From: a bacterium HR15
Lineage (GTDB): Bacteria; Armatimonadota; Fimbriimonadia; Fimbriimonadales; GBS-DC
DNA: 64,000 bases
Direction of reading: 5' to 3'
NCBI GenBank assembly: GCA_002898555.1
Contig: BEHR01000011.1
Span: 1,229 to 65,228 of the forward strand
The notes below the pieces were generated by a model, which saw only the letters and a program-made list of their open reading frames with translations, had not been told where the DNA came from and ran no database searches. The position numbers were made by a program, and so were the translations under genes. Below, piece after piece: positions 37,361 to 46,752 of this stretch; position 1 is the stretch's first letter; every line of letters begins with the position of its first letter.

Positions 37361-38581
37361 CTACGGAGCCTGTTGCAGCCACTCGTCCCAGCGTGTGGCG
37401 CGTGCCAGAGCCAGATTGCTATAGCGTCCCAGGTAGTCGCCTGCACTGGGATAATAGATTGACAATCCATGCGAGTTGCGCACCCGATTGCTATCTGCAT
37501 GCGCCTCATACAGCACCGCCTCACGCAACGCGGTCTGCAGCGCGTCCACCCGTGTCGCGATAAGCCCATCCCCTGTGTACTCCTTGATTAATTGCGCCGC
37601 GTGCCACAGATCTTTGTATTCGGGGTAAGAGGCATAGCTCTGGGCGTTCTCCCGCGCGTTGCGCAGCGCGTTCACATAAAGTGTTCGCCGCTCCAGTAAA
37701 ACTCCTGCCAGGTTGTCCAGCGCGAGGGCGACATTTTCCAGCTTGGAGGCGTCCACCACCGACTGGGTGATGTTATAGTAGCTGGGGAAGTTCTGCTGAT
37801 AGAAGTTCACGAACTGGCGCACCACATCCTTCGCCCATTCGACAGGCGGTATATCGGAGTTGTCCATCAGCGCGAGCAGGATGCGATGATACGGGTAGCC
37901 TTCGCCAGGCGGGCTTTCCTCCGAACCCACAATATAACGCGCCACATTGCGGCACTCATAGGCGACCTCCAGCATCTGCATCAGCGAAGCATCGAACAGC
38001 AGCACATCCATCACAGGGTCCGCAGAGGTGGGGCGGATAGCGGTGGGCAGCTCCCAGGTTTTGATACTGGAACCGAATTCATCGTCGAAGGAAACGGCGC
38101 GGGTAGTGCGCGTGCGCCAGCCCGAACCGTGGTTCCAAATAATCAGTGCGTAGCGGTCGGCAGGGTAGCGGGACCGTGCCCAGCGAATAAACTCGCGCAA
38201 GGTTTCGGCATGACCCATATCCACGCTCTGCCCCAAATCCTCCAGCAACTGCGATTTAATCTCCCGCGCATCTGTATCATAGCGCACCAGATAGCGGCGT
38301 GTGCCTGTCCAACTGCCATCCGGGGCAAATGTCGCAATACGCTTCCACTGCACCACGATCCGCACATTCGGGTTGGTCATCACCGATTCCATCTGGTTCA
38401 TGTTCAGGTCGCTGAACTCGTCCAGATCGTTCGCGGCATTTAGATAGACCATCACGGTCCAGGTAAGCGTGCCGCGCCCGCCGGGCGGTATCACGCGGCT
38501 CACACGATGGCAGCACCCTGTGAAGAGCGCGATGGTCAGCAGCAATCCTATCCATGTGCCTGTTCGAATCGACCGTCTCAT
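37361..38581 (-). CDS. clostripain-family (C11) cysteine peptidase lipoprotein
   Basis: Lipobox LFTGC. VMVYLNAANDL and LIIWNHGSGW are motifs characteristic of peptidase C11. Confidence 0.75.
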   Translation of the reverse strand: MRRSIRTGTWIGLLLTIALFTGCCHRVSRVIPPGGRGTLTWTVMVYLNAANDLDEFSDLNMNQMESVMTNPNVRIVVQWKRIATFAPDGSWTGTRRYLVRYDTDAREIKSQLLEDLGQSVDMGHAETLREFIRWARSRYPADRYALIIWNHGSGWRTRTTRAVSFDDEFGSSIKTWELPTAIRPTSADPVMDVLLFDASLMQMLEVAYECRNVARYIVGSEESPPGEGYPYHRILLALMDNSDIPPVEWAKDVVRQFVNFYQQNFPSYYNITQSVVDASKLENVALALDNLAGVLLERRTLYVNALRNARENAQSYASYPEYKDLWHAAQLIKEYTGDGLIATRVDALQTALREAVLYEAHADSNRVRNSHGLSIYYPSAGDYLGRYSNLALARATRWDEWLQQAP

Positions 38582-38608
38582 CGCTATCGCTCCAGTTTAC
38601 CCATTTTG

Positions 38609-38657
38609 CAGAATTTTTTCTCTGGTGTACCCATGCGGGTTGGAGAAGAAAATTCTG
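38609..38657. repeat. degenerate copy (copy 1) of the nested palindromic intergenic repeat family
   Basis: cagaattttttctctggtgtaccc...gggttggagaagaaaattctg; the arms are imperfectly complementary. Confidence 0.6.
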
Positions 38658-38794
38658 GGGTAAGGAATGCTCTCTATCATCCCCCGCAGGGTGGGGAATT
38701 TTGCTCCTGCAAAGATAGACGCTCGACGCTTTTGCGGTGCTTCATAGGACTAAAGTCCCTTGCATGCCGCCTATTTTGCGAGATACCATGCCAC

Positions 38795-41521
38795 ATGGAG
38801 ATGCTTGCGCGTGTCGAATGTGCTACAATAGAGCGTGGTACCAAAGAGGGTCGCGGCGTGGATGTAAGCGGTGCGTGGACAGGGGAAGCCCCTCGTGGGG
38901 TCATCACACTGGTGTTTACCGACATCCAGAGCTACTCCGAGATGTCGGAGCGTTATCGGGGCGCGTTCCGTTCCCTGCTGGAACAGCACAACGCGCTGCT
39001 GCGTGCGCTCTGCCGTCAATATGGGGGCTACGAGGTGAAGGCATGGGGCGATGCCTTCTTTTTCGCGTTTGGCAGCGCGGAAGAGGCAGCACGATTCGCC
39101 TTGCACGCGCAGCACGCCATCCTCAACACTTCTTGGCAGCTCACCTTAACGGATGGCTCCATCGAGCAAGTGCCCCTGCGGATTCGAATCGGCATGCACA
39201 CAGGCGAGCCGGAACCGATTCTTCATCCTGATGGCACAGTGGACTATGTGGGTCCCGATGTGAATCGCGCGTCGCGCGTCTGCGCAGCTGCCCATGGGGG
39301 GCAGATTCTGCTCTCCTCTGCCACGCATGCGCTGGTGATGAACGCGCTGGGCAACACGGTGCAGTTTCGCAATCTCGGTCAATACTGGTTGAAGGGGGTG
39401 GGGCGCGAACGGCTTTGGCAGATGTGGCAGCAGGAGCTGCCCGCAACCTTCCCACCGCCGAATGCGCCCCGTGCCGAGCTGCATAATCTCACGGTGGCAG
39501 AGACACCCCTCGTGGGACGCGAGCGTGAGGTGGAGGAACTCGCAGCGCTGGTATTACGCCCCAACCATATGCTGATTACGCTGGTGGGCCCCAGCGGAGT
39601 GGGCAAGACACGGCTGGCGCAGGCAGTCGCGGAAGCGCTGTTAGAACATTTCGCCGACGGCGTATGGTTCGTGCCATTGGATGGCTTAACTACTCCGGAA
39701 GCGGTTGCCCAACGCATTATTCAGGAGCTACCGATGCAGCTCCGCGCGGACACCGACCCTCTCCAGCAGCTCGTGGAATATGCGCATGGGCGCACCATGT
39801 TGCTCGTGTTGGACGGCATCGAGTCGACCGCCGCGGTCACTGAGGTGGTGCGTGCTCTTATTCAAGGGGCGGTGGGGCTGCGCTTACTTGTAGCCAGTCT
39901 GAATCCGTTGCACCTGCGTGTGGAACATCTGTACGAGGTGAAACCGCTCAATGTGCCGCCTCCATCCGCGGACCGCGACCCGATGCTGCTGGAGCGTTAC
40001 GGCGCAGTGCAGTTGCTGCTAATAGGGGCGCGTCGCCATGCGCCCGATTTTGAAATCACGCCGACGAACGCCTCCGCTATTGCCGAGCTGTGCCGCCAGC
40101 TGGACGGGTTGCCCCTCGCGCTGGAGTTGACCGCTGCCCGCCTTGCCTTGCTTTCACCGACGGAGCTGCTCAAACGCCTCGATGAGCGTTTCCAGATTTT
40201 GCAGACACGCAATCCCGACATGCCACCGCGCCAGCGCGCGCTCCAAAGCGCGATTGAATGGTCCTATGGTCAGTTAGACGCCCCCATACGTGCCTTCTTT
40301 GAGCAACTCAGTGTGTTCAGCGGCAGCTTTTCGGTGGAGGATGTGGAGGCGATTTGTGAATCGGCAAGTCCCATCGATGATCTGCTGGAGCTGCACCAGC
40401 GTGCCATGCTTATCGAGATCCATCACAAGGATGAGCGTCGCTTCCGCCTGTTGAACCCGATGCGTCTTTTCGCGCTCGGCATGCTGCGTGAGAAACCTGA
40501 GATGGATGCCAAGATTCGCCAGCGCCATGCGGAATATTTCCTGCAGGTGGCAAGGGCTTGCCTCGCGCAAGTGCGCACACCCTTCGAGAACGAGGCGATG
40601 CGCCTGGCAGAGCTGCAGATGGACAATATGCGCGCCGCGATGGAGTGGTTCACCCGGCAGGGCGATTGGGCACGACGAGCGGAGATTGCGCTCCGGCTCT
40701 CCCAGCTGTGTGATCGGCTCGGCTGGCTGCTGAAGGCAACCACCTACCTACAAGACGCGCTCGATTCCGCGCTCTTTCTGGACGAGGCACAAATGGAACT
40801 GTTGACCGAACTGACCTTACAACGCGCCGCGCTTCAGTATGAACAGCACCACTGGGAGGATGCCCTGCAAACCGCGCAGGACGCGCTCGCTCGCTACGAA
40901 TCGCTCGGCTCCTTACCGGGGCAGGCGCGGTCGCATAACCTCATCGGGCTGATCCTGCTTCGGGTGTCGCGCTTCGATGAAGCCTATACGCATTTCCAGC
41001 GTGCCTTGCAGGGATTCATGCAGGCAAACGAGCCAGTATGGGTTGCTCTGGCACTAAATAACTTGGGATTATTGGAATATGAACGCGGCAGGTTCGACGA
41101 AGCGACGCGCTTTCTGCAGCAGGCGGCGCAAAGACAACGCACCTTAGGCGACATGCGCGGACTCTCTGAAACTTTGAACAACCTGGGCGCGGTTCACCAA
41201 CTCCAAGGAAACACTGCCGCCGCGCTGCGATACTTTTCCGAATCGCTGGAGTATGAGGCCCAAATCGGCAACCGATTGGGTATCGCGCGTGGACTGTGCA
41301 ATCTGGGGGAAGTGCTGATGCTGCAGGGGGAAACGCTTCCTGCAGCGCGCCATCTGCTTGCCGCGATGCAGCTGTTTCAGCAGTACGGTTCACCAGACTA
41401 CGACTACGCGCTCGCGCTCTACCAACGGCTGATGTTAGATGAGGACACAGACGCTCGGCTCCAAACCGAATGCCAGAACCGCGCGTTGGAGGATTTGCTG
41501 CAATGGGCGCGAATCTTATAA
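38795..41521 (+). CDS. class III adenylate/guanylate cyclase fused to a STAND/AAA NTPase and C-terminal TPR array
   Basis: Cyclase motifs VFTDI, KAWGDAFFFAF, IGMHTGE and GPDVNRASRV. Walker A GPSGVGKTRLA. Multiple TPRs (NNLGLLEY..., NNLGAVHQ...). Start taken at ATG 38795; the ORF is open from 38507. Confidence 0.85.
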   Translation: MEMLARVECATIERGTKEGRGVDVSGAWTGEAPRGVITLVFTDIQSYSEMSERYRGAFRSLLEQHNALLRALCRQYGGYEVKAWGDAFFFAFGSAEEAARFALHAQHAILNTSWQLTLTDGSIEQVPLRIRIGMHTGEPEPILHPDGTVDYVGPDVNRASRVCAAAHGGQILLSSATHALVMNALGNTVQFRNLGQYWLKGVGRERLWQMWQQELPATFPPPNAPRAELHNLTVAETPLVGREREVEELAALVLRPNHMLITLVGPSGVGKTRLAQAVAEALLEHFADGVWFVPLDGLTTPEAVAQRIIQELPMQLRADTDPLQQLVEYAHGRTMLLVLDGIESTAAVTEVVRALIQGAVGLRLLVASLNPLHLRVEHLYEVKPLNVPPPSADRDPMLLERYGAVQLLLIGARRHAPDFEITPTNASAIAELCRQLDGLPLALELTAARLALLSPTELLKRLDERFQILQTRNPDMPPRQRALQSAIEWSYGQLDAPIRAFFEQLSVFSGSFSVEDVEAICESASPIDDLLELHQRAMLIEIHHKDERRFRLLNPMRLFALGMLREKPEMDAKIRQRHAEYFLQVARACLAQVRTPFENEAMRLAELQMDNMRAAMEWFTRQGDWARRAEIALRLSQLCDRLGWLLKATTYLQDALDSALFLDEAQMELLTELTLQRAALQYEQHHWEDALQTAQDALARYESLGSLPGQARSHNLIGLILLRVSRFDEAYTHFQRALQGFMQANEPVWVALALNNLGLLEYERGRFDEATRFLQQAAQRQRTLGDMRGLSETLNNLGAVHQLQGNTAAALRYFSESLEYEAQIGNRLGIARGLCNLGEVLMLQGETLPAARHLLAAMQLFQQYGSPDYDYALALYQRLMLDEDTDARLQTECQNRALEDLLQWARIL

Positions 41522-41533
41522 CAAGGCGGACAC

Positions 41534-41584
41534 CTCGGAGAAGAAAAATTTTGAGCGAAGCAGGGTCAGAGAAAAAATTTCAGT
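41534..41584. repeat. half copy (right arms only, copy 2) of the palindromic repeat family
   Basis: tcggagaagaaaaattttgagcgaagcagggtcagagaaaaaatttcag, starting 13 nt after the stop of the cyclase gene. Confidence 0.75.
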
Positions 41585-41614
41585 GGCTGCCATTAGTCGC
41601 TGGAGGAGTTCAGA

Positions 41615-44600
41615 ATGAGGAAATACTTGGTGATCGGGTTCCTGTTGATGGTGTCCATGCGGATAACGGGGCAGGCGCAGACTCGTGCCCACCCCGAGGT
41701 GGATGCCTTGATTCGCAAAGCGCTTGAAGCACGCCAGCAAGACCGCTGGCAGGATGCGCTGAGCTACTATCAGCAAGCCGTTGAGCGCGCGCGCACTCTG
41801 AATGACCGTGCTGGCGAAGCCAGCGCGTGGCATAACCTTGGGGTCGCGCAGATTCTCATGTCGCGTCCGCAGGATGCCCTCAACAGCCTGGAAAGGGCAC
41901 TCCCTATCTGGCGCGAAATCGGCAACCGCATGGGGGAAGCGAACACGCTGCACAATCTGGGCACTGCCTACGCCAATCTCGGCAGGGCACGCGAAGCACT
42001 TAACACCTATCAGCAAGCGCTGCAACTGCGCCAGCAATTAGGTCATCAAGCAGGTGTTGCGCTCACCTTGCAGGGCATCGGCTCCGTCTACTACGCCTTG
42101 CGCGAGTTGCCAACTGCCCAGCGCTACTTCGAACAGGCACTCGCCCTCTATCGCGAGCTGGGGAACAAGCAAGGTGAAGCCGAAACGCTGCGCTATCTCG
42201 GCAATATTCTGTATGTGAGTGGGCAGTGGCAGAAGGCGCTCGCGGTTTACGAAAACGCGCTCGCCCTGTTCCGCGAGACGAATGACTCCGAAGGGGAAGC
42301 GACCACTTTGGCGGGCATGGGCGCGCTCTTCCTGGACATGGGTCAGCCCGAACTGGCGTTAGGCTACTACCAGCAGACGCTCGAACTACATCAGAAGGGG
42401 GGCAAGCGACGCGAGGTCATCGCCGCCCAGTTAGGCATCGGGCACATCTATGCGACTATGGGTGAGATGGAGCAGGCGAAAAAAGCGTATGAGCAGGCGC
42501 TTGCCCTCAGCCGTGAAGCGAATGATAAACGCGCGGAAGCCGCTGCCCTGATCGCGCTCGCCACCGTCGAAACACGACTCCAGACCAGCCGTCCTGCTCA
42601 AGCCAGCGAGGGAACCGTTGAAGGAGTCAGCCGCGCTGAATCGCTCTATCGGCAGGCGATTCTCGTCACGCAGGCGACAGGCGATCAACTGGGTCAAGCC
42701 AATGCCTTGCAACAGTTGGGCACGCACTATGCGATTCTCAACCGCGCGGAGGAGGCGATCCGCTGCTTCGAGAAGTCCCTCGCGCTGTATCGCGAGGCAG
42801 GCGATCGGCGCGGCGAGATGATCGCGCTTTCCAATCTGGGCGCGGTCTATGCCGCTCGTGGCGAAAAGACAAAAGCGGCTGACTACTATCAGCAGGCGGT
42901 CAACCTCGCCGAAGCGATGCGCGAAGCGCTGGGCAGCCTCGCAGAAGGGAAGCTGGCATTTCAAGAGAATCGCCACGCGCTCTACGCCCGCTATATCAGC
43001 CTGCTATTGAGCTTGAACCGTCTCGAGGAAGCCTTTGCCGTCGCGCAGAAAGCGAAGGCGCGTGCTTTGACCGATCTGATGAGCGAAGGGCGAGTCAACC
43101 TCGCCTCGCACCTGCCCCCAGAGGAGCGTGAACAGGAGCGGCTGCTGCGCTATCGGCTCGATCGTGCCACCCAGAGCTTCCTTGCTGTCCGCGCAGACCC
43201 AGATGCCGACCCCGCTCTCGTTGCCCAATGGCGTGAAACCGTGCAGCAAGCCGAACGGGAATGGCAGGCGTTTATGGATAGCCTCTCTGCACGCTACCCT
43301 GCGCTGACGCGCCAGCAAGGAATACGCCCCGTGACGCTGGAACAGATCGCGCAAAGCCTACCCTCGGATGCTGCCCTGCTGGAATACCTGCTGCTTCAAC
43401 CCTCTGCACAAGCAGAGAAGAGCTATCTCCTTCTGTTCTGCTTGACGAACGAGGGAGGCAAGCCGCGCCTCAGTGCGCATTTGACCCCCCTGGGCGACAA
43501 ACCCCTTGCGGAGCGCACCGAATCGTTCGTGCTGACCTGTGCCGTGCCGAACGCACCGTATAAAGAGGAGGCACGCGCTATGTACCGCCTGCTTATCGGT
43601 CCCGTCGAAGCACGCATTGCTGGCAAGAAACGACTGATTATCTGCCCCGACAGCACCCTCTGGGATGTCCCCTTCCAGGCATTATGGAGCGATAAGGGCT
43701 TTCTGCTGGAGCAATACGAACTGACCTACGCGCCCAGCGCCACGGTTGCCATGCTACTGCGCGAATTGCGGTCCGTGCCGAATCGCCCTCGCCCAACACG
43801 CGAGCTACTGTTGGTGGCGAACCCACAGTTTGGCATGTTGACGCTGGCATCCGCGAACGAAAATCGTCCGCTGACAGCAGGCTCCCGTCCCTTGACCACA
43901 GGCGCACGCCCATTAACGACAGGCTCTCGCCCCCTAACGACAGGGGCGCGCCCGCTAACCACAGGCGCACGCCCACTGACGACGGGGGCACGCCCGCTGA
44001 CCACAGGCGCACGCCCACTGACCACAGGTGCACGCGACATTACGGGCGAATATCTGGCGGAAGTGGGTATTCGTGTCACCCCCTTGCCCGGCACGGAGCG
44101 TGAAGCCCAACAGATTGCTGCACTGTTCCCCGAAGCCACTTTGCTGACCAAAGCCGAAGCCCAGGAGGCAACCCTGAAGTCGATCATGGGGCAATATCGC
44201 TATCTGCACCTTGCCACGCATGGCTACTTCAGTGATGTGGCGCCTCTGCAAAGCGGGGTGCTGCTGGCGGAGCCACCTGCCGATGCCAGCGAGGATGGCA
44301 TTCTGACTGCACGCGAGTTGATGGAATTACCCCTGAGCGCGGAGATGGTGGTGCTATCCGCTTGTGAAAGCGCACGAGGGCGGGCGCGACCTGGTGAAGG
44401 CGCGATAGGGATGGTCTGGGCGCTGACGGTGAGCGGCATCCCCACGCAGGTGTTGAGCCAGTGGAAGGTGAGCGATGAAAGCACAGCGCTGCTGATGACC
44501 CGCTACTATCAAGAATTGAAAGCGGGCCGGTCGCCTGCAAGCGCCCTGCGCGAAGCTGCGCTCGCCGTGAAACAAGATACCCGCTTCCAACACCCCTACT

Positions 44601-44635
44601 ACTGGTCTCCCTTCATCTGCATTAGCAGCTGGTGA
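41615..44635 (+). CDS. exported TPR-repeat protein with C-terminal CHAT (caspase-like) protease domain
   Basis: Signal MRKYLVIGFLLMVSMRITGQA. About 12 TPRs (WHNLGVA, LHNLGTAY...). CHAT catalytic dyad context LHLATHGYF and VVLSACESARG. Confidence 0.85.
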   Translation: MRKYLVIGFLLMVSMRITGQAQTRAHPEVDALIRKALEARQQDRWQDALSYYQQAVERARTLNDRAGEASAWHNLGVAQILMSRPQDALNSLERALPIWREIGNRMGEANTLHNLGTAYANLGRAREALNTYQQALQLRQQLGHQAGVALTLQGIGSVYYALRELPTAQRYFEQALALYRELGNKQGEAETLRYLGNILYVSGQWQKALAVYENALALFRETNDSEGEATTLAGMGALFLDMGQPELALGYYQQTLELHQKGGKRREVIAAQLGIGHIYATMGEMEQAKKAYEQALALSREANDKRAEAAALIALATVETRLQTSRPAQASEGTVEGVSRAESLYRQAILVTQATGDQLGQANALQQLGTHYAILNRAEEAIRCFEKSLALYREAGDRRGEMIALSNLGAVYAARGEKTKAADYYQQAVNLAEAMREALGSLAEGKLAFQENRHALYARYISLLLSLNRLEEAFAVAQKAKARALTDLMSEGRVNLASHLPPEEREQERLLRYRLDRATQSFLAVRADPDADPALVAQWRETVQQAEREWQAFMDSLSARYPALTRQQGIRPVTLEQIAQSLPSDAALLEYLLLQPSAQAEKSYLLLFCLTNEGGKPRLSAHLTPLGDKPLAERTESFVLTCAVPNAPYKEEARAMYRLLIGPVEARIAGKKRLIICPDSTLWDVPFQALWSDKGFLLEQYELTYAPSATVAMLLRELRSVPNRPRPTRELLLVANPQFGMLTLASANENRPLTAGSRPLTTGARPLTTGSRPLTTGARPLTTGARPLTTGARPLTTGARPLTTGARDITGEYLAEVGIRVTPLPGTEREAQQIAALFPEATLLTKAEAQEATLKSIMGQYRYLHLATHGYFSDVAPLQSGVLLAEPPADASEDGILTARELMELPLSAEMVVLSACESARGRARPGEGAIGMVWALTVSGIPTQVLSQWKVSDESTALLMTRYYQELKAGRSPASALREAALAVKQDTRFQHPYYWSPFICISSW
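43865..44032 (+). repeat. eight tandem 21-nt coding repeats (RPLTTGA heptads) inside the CHAT protein
   Basis: Units start at 43865, 43886, 43907, 43928, 43949, 43970, 43991 and 44012. The peptide is conserved while third codon positions vary. Confidence 0.9.
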
Positions 44636-44789
44636 AATTTTTTCTCTGGGGTACTCAGCGAAGTGGGTCAGAGAAAAAATTTCAGGGGAAATTTTTTCTC
44701 TGGGGTACTCCAAAATTTTCTTCTCCGGGGTACCCAGATGGGTCGGAAAAGAAAATTTTGCTCGAAGCGGGTCAGAGAAAACATTTCAG
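44634..44789. repeat. compound copy (copy 3) of the nested palindromic repeat family
   Basis: A short hairpin (aaattttttctctggggtactc / gggtcagagaaaaaattt) is followed by a full two-level nested unit. The element overlaps the CHAT gene stop codon. Confidence 0.85.
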
Positions 44790-44802
44790 ATGAGGAAGTG
44801 CA

Positions 44803-46689
44803 ATGCGAGGACTGCTCTTTTGGCTGGTAAGTGCGCTGCTGGCGCCTGCGTTTCTGAACGCCCCGACGGGCGATCTCAACGCCTTTTTGCAGGAGGCGCG
44901 ACGCATCGTTAAAGCGGGTGATGTGCGTGCCCTGCGCGAACTGGGCGAAAACAATGACACTATTCACTGGTATATCTGGCTACGCGAGCAGGATCGCCTG
45001 CCCAACTGGGCGGTGGATTTGTTTCCCGCCCCCAAAGGCTATGGCAAGCCCGGCGAACAGTGGCTTATTTTCCACAAGTTCCAGCTGGTGGAAGAGCTGT
45101 GCGATCGGGTGCATCCCGTCGTGCAAACGCCCAACGGCTGGCGTCTGGGCGCGGAAGTGCCGGAAGGCGTCGAGACGCCTTTCCGCATCGAGAGACACGA
45201 GATAGAGATCTGGTTTGAGCCAAAGGCACGTGCAGCACGGTTCCGAGACGCTTTTGTCGTACGCCGTGTTTCGCCCGATGACCGCGCCCTACTGATGCGC
45301 CTGAATGCACCCTACAAGGTCAAAAGTGCGAAACTGAGCGGTGAGGGCATTCCATTGCTTATCTTTGAGGGCGAGAGCCGTCCTCAGCCACCTGTGCAAG
45401 GCACATGGATGGGGCGTGCAGGCGGACTGCTCTGGCTACAATCGGACAAGCCTCTGCCCGACCAGATACAAATCGAAATCGAGTATGAGGGTACGGTCTG
45501 GTTCCCCCCAAACGACCGCATCAGCGAAAAGTACGCGCTGCTTTGTTCCTACTGGTATCCGCATATTGGACGGTTGCCCGCACGCCATCGCGTCACGATG
45601 CATGTCCCACCTGACTGGATTGCCATCGGGCAGGGCGAATTACAAGAGGAGGCGCGCACTGAACACGAATACCGTGCCATCTGGCAGAACGATTTGCCGG
45701 TGTGCTTTTTCTCGGTAGTGGCAGGCCCATTCCAGATTGGCGCAGAGATTCGCTCCCAACACAGCCGCCGCCTGATACGGGTCTATCAGCTGCGCATCGA
45801 GAAGGGCCGCGCGGAGCAGCTTGCCCGCAAAGTGGCGCAGGGAATGGACTTCTTCGAGCAACATTTCATTCCATTCCCCTACTCCCACTATGATGTGGTG
45901 GAGACGCCCGATTTCGGCTTTTCGGGGCTGGAGGCGTACTCGTTCACCTTCCTGGACCCCGCTATTAGCCTCTGGGCATGCACCCATGAGTTGGCGCATA
46001 GCTGGTGGGGCGGCATCGTGCCTAACACCTACCTGCACTCCATCTGGAACGAATCGATGACCCAATATAGCGATTCGGTGCTGTTTCAGAACGATGCTGA
46101 TCAGACGCTGGCGATGGGCGCCGCCTCCATTCGAATGGGGCGCACCGTGCCCATCGGCAAAGCGAATGTGCCACGCGATACCATAATGGCGTTAGCAGGT
46201 TATCTGCGCGGCGCGTATGTGCTGCGCATGCTGGAGTACGAGATTGGGCGTGACAAAATGCTGGAGGCGATGCGCCAGTTCGCCCGAAAACGCGCGGGGC
46301 AAGCCTCCGAGTGGAGCCACTTTCTGGAAGCAGTGAACGAGGTGATGGGCAGCGACTATCGCTGGTTCTTCCGCCAGTGGATCGAAAGCGCGGATGTGCC
46401 GACCCTGAAAATACAGCCCTTACCCCCGCGTAAGCACGGCGACCGCTGGCAGCTCACGGTGCGGCTTACCCAATCAGGCACGCCACAGCCCTATCGGTTG
46501 CGCATTCCCATCCAGCTGAAAAGTGCAGAGGGCGAGAGCCGACTGGAGATTGTGCAGATGCACAGTGCATCGGCAGAGTTTCAATTTACCACGCCCTTCC
46601 GAGTGAAGCGGGTCGTCATCCCGGAAGCCACAGGACATACCTTGCTACGCCCTCCTCCTGCTGGTAGCCTCAGCGTGGAGGTGGAGTAA
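44803..46689 (+). CDS. exported M1-family zinc metallopeptidase (aminopeptidase N-like)
   Basis: HELAHSWWG(X18)E: THELAHSWWGGIVPNTYLHSIWNESMTQY. N-terminal signal MRGLLFWLVSALLAPAFL. Confidence 0.8.
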   Translation: MRGLLFWLVSALLAPAFLNAPTGDLNAFLQEARRIVKAGDVRALRELGENNDTIHWYIWLREQDRLPNWAVDLFPAPKGYGKPGEQWLIFHKFQLVEELCDRVHPVVQTPNGWRLGAEVPEGVETPFRIERHEIEIWFEPKARAARFRDAFVVRRVSPDDRALLMRLNAPYKVKSAKLSGEGIPLLIFEGESRPQPPVQGTWMGRAGGLLWLQSDKPLPDQIQIEIEYEGTVWFPPNDRISEKYALLCSYWYPHIGRLPARHRVTMHVPPDWIAIGQGELQEEARTEHEYRAIWQNDLPVCFFSVVAGPFQIGAEIRSQHSRRLIRVYQLRIEKGRAEQLARKVAQGMDFFEQHFIPFPYSHYDVVETPDFGFSGLEAYSFTFLDPAISLWACTHELAHSWWGGIVPNTYLHSIWNESMTQYSDSVLFQNDADQTLAMGAASIRMGRTVPIGKANVPRDTIMALAGYLRGAYVLRMLEYEIGRDKMLEAMRQFARKRAGQASEWSHFLEAVNEVMGSDYRWFFRQWIESADVPTLKIQPLPPRKHGDRWQLTVRLTQSGTPQPYRLRIPIQLKSAEGESRLEIVQMHSASAEFQFTTPFRVKRVVIPEATGHTLLRPPPAGSLSVEVE

Positions 46690-46752
46690 AACTTTGGCTT
46701 GCAGCAGGAACTGTCGCTGCGCTGTTGAACTCTTCCTGTGGAGGCAAACGGC

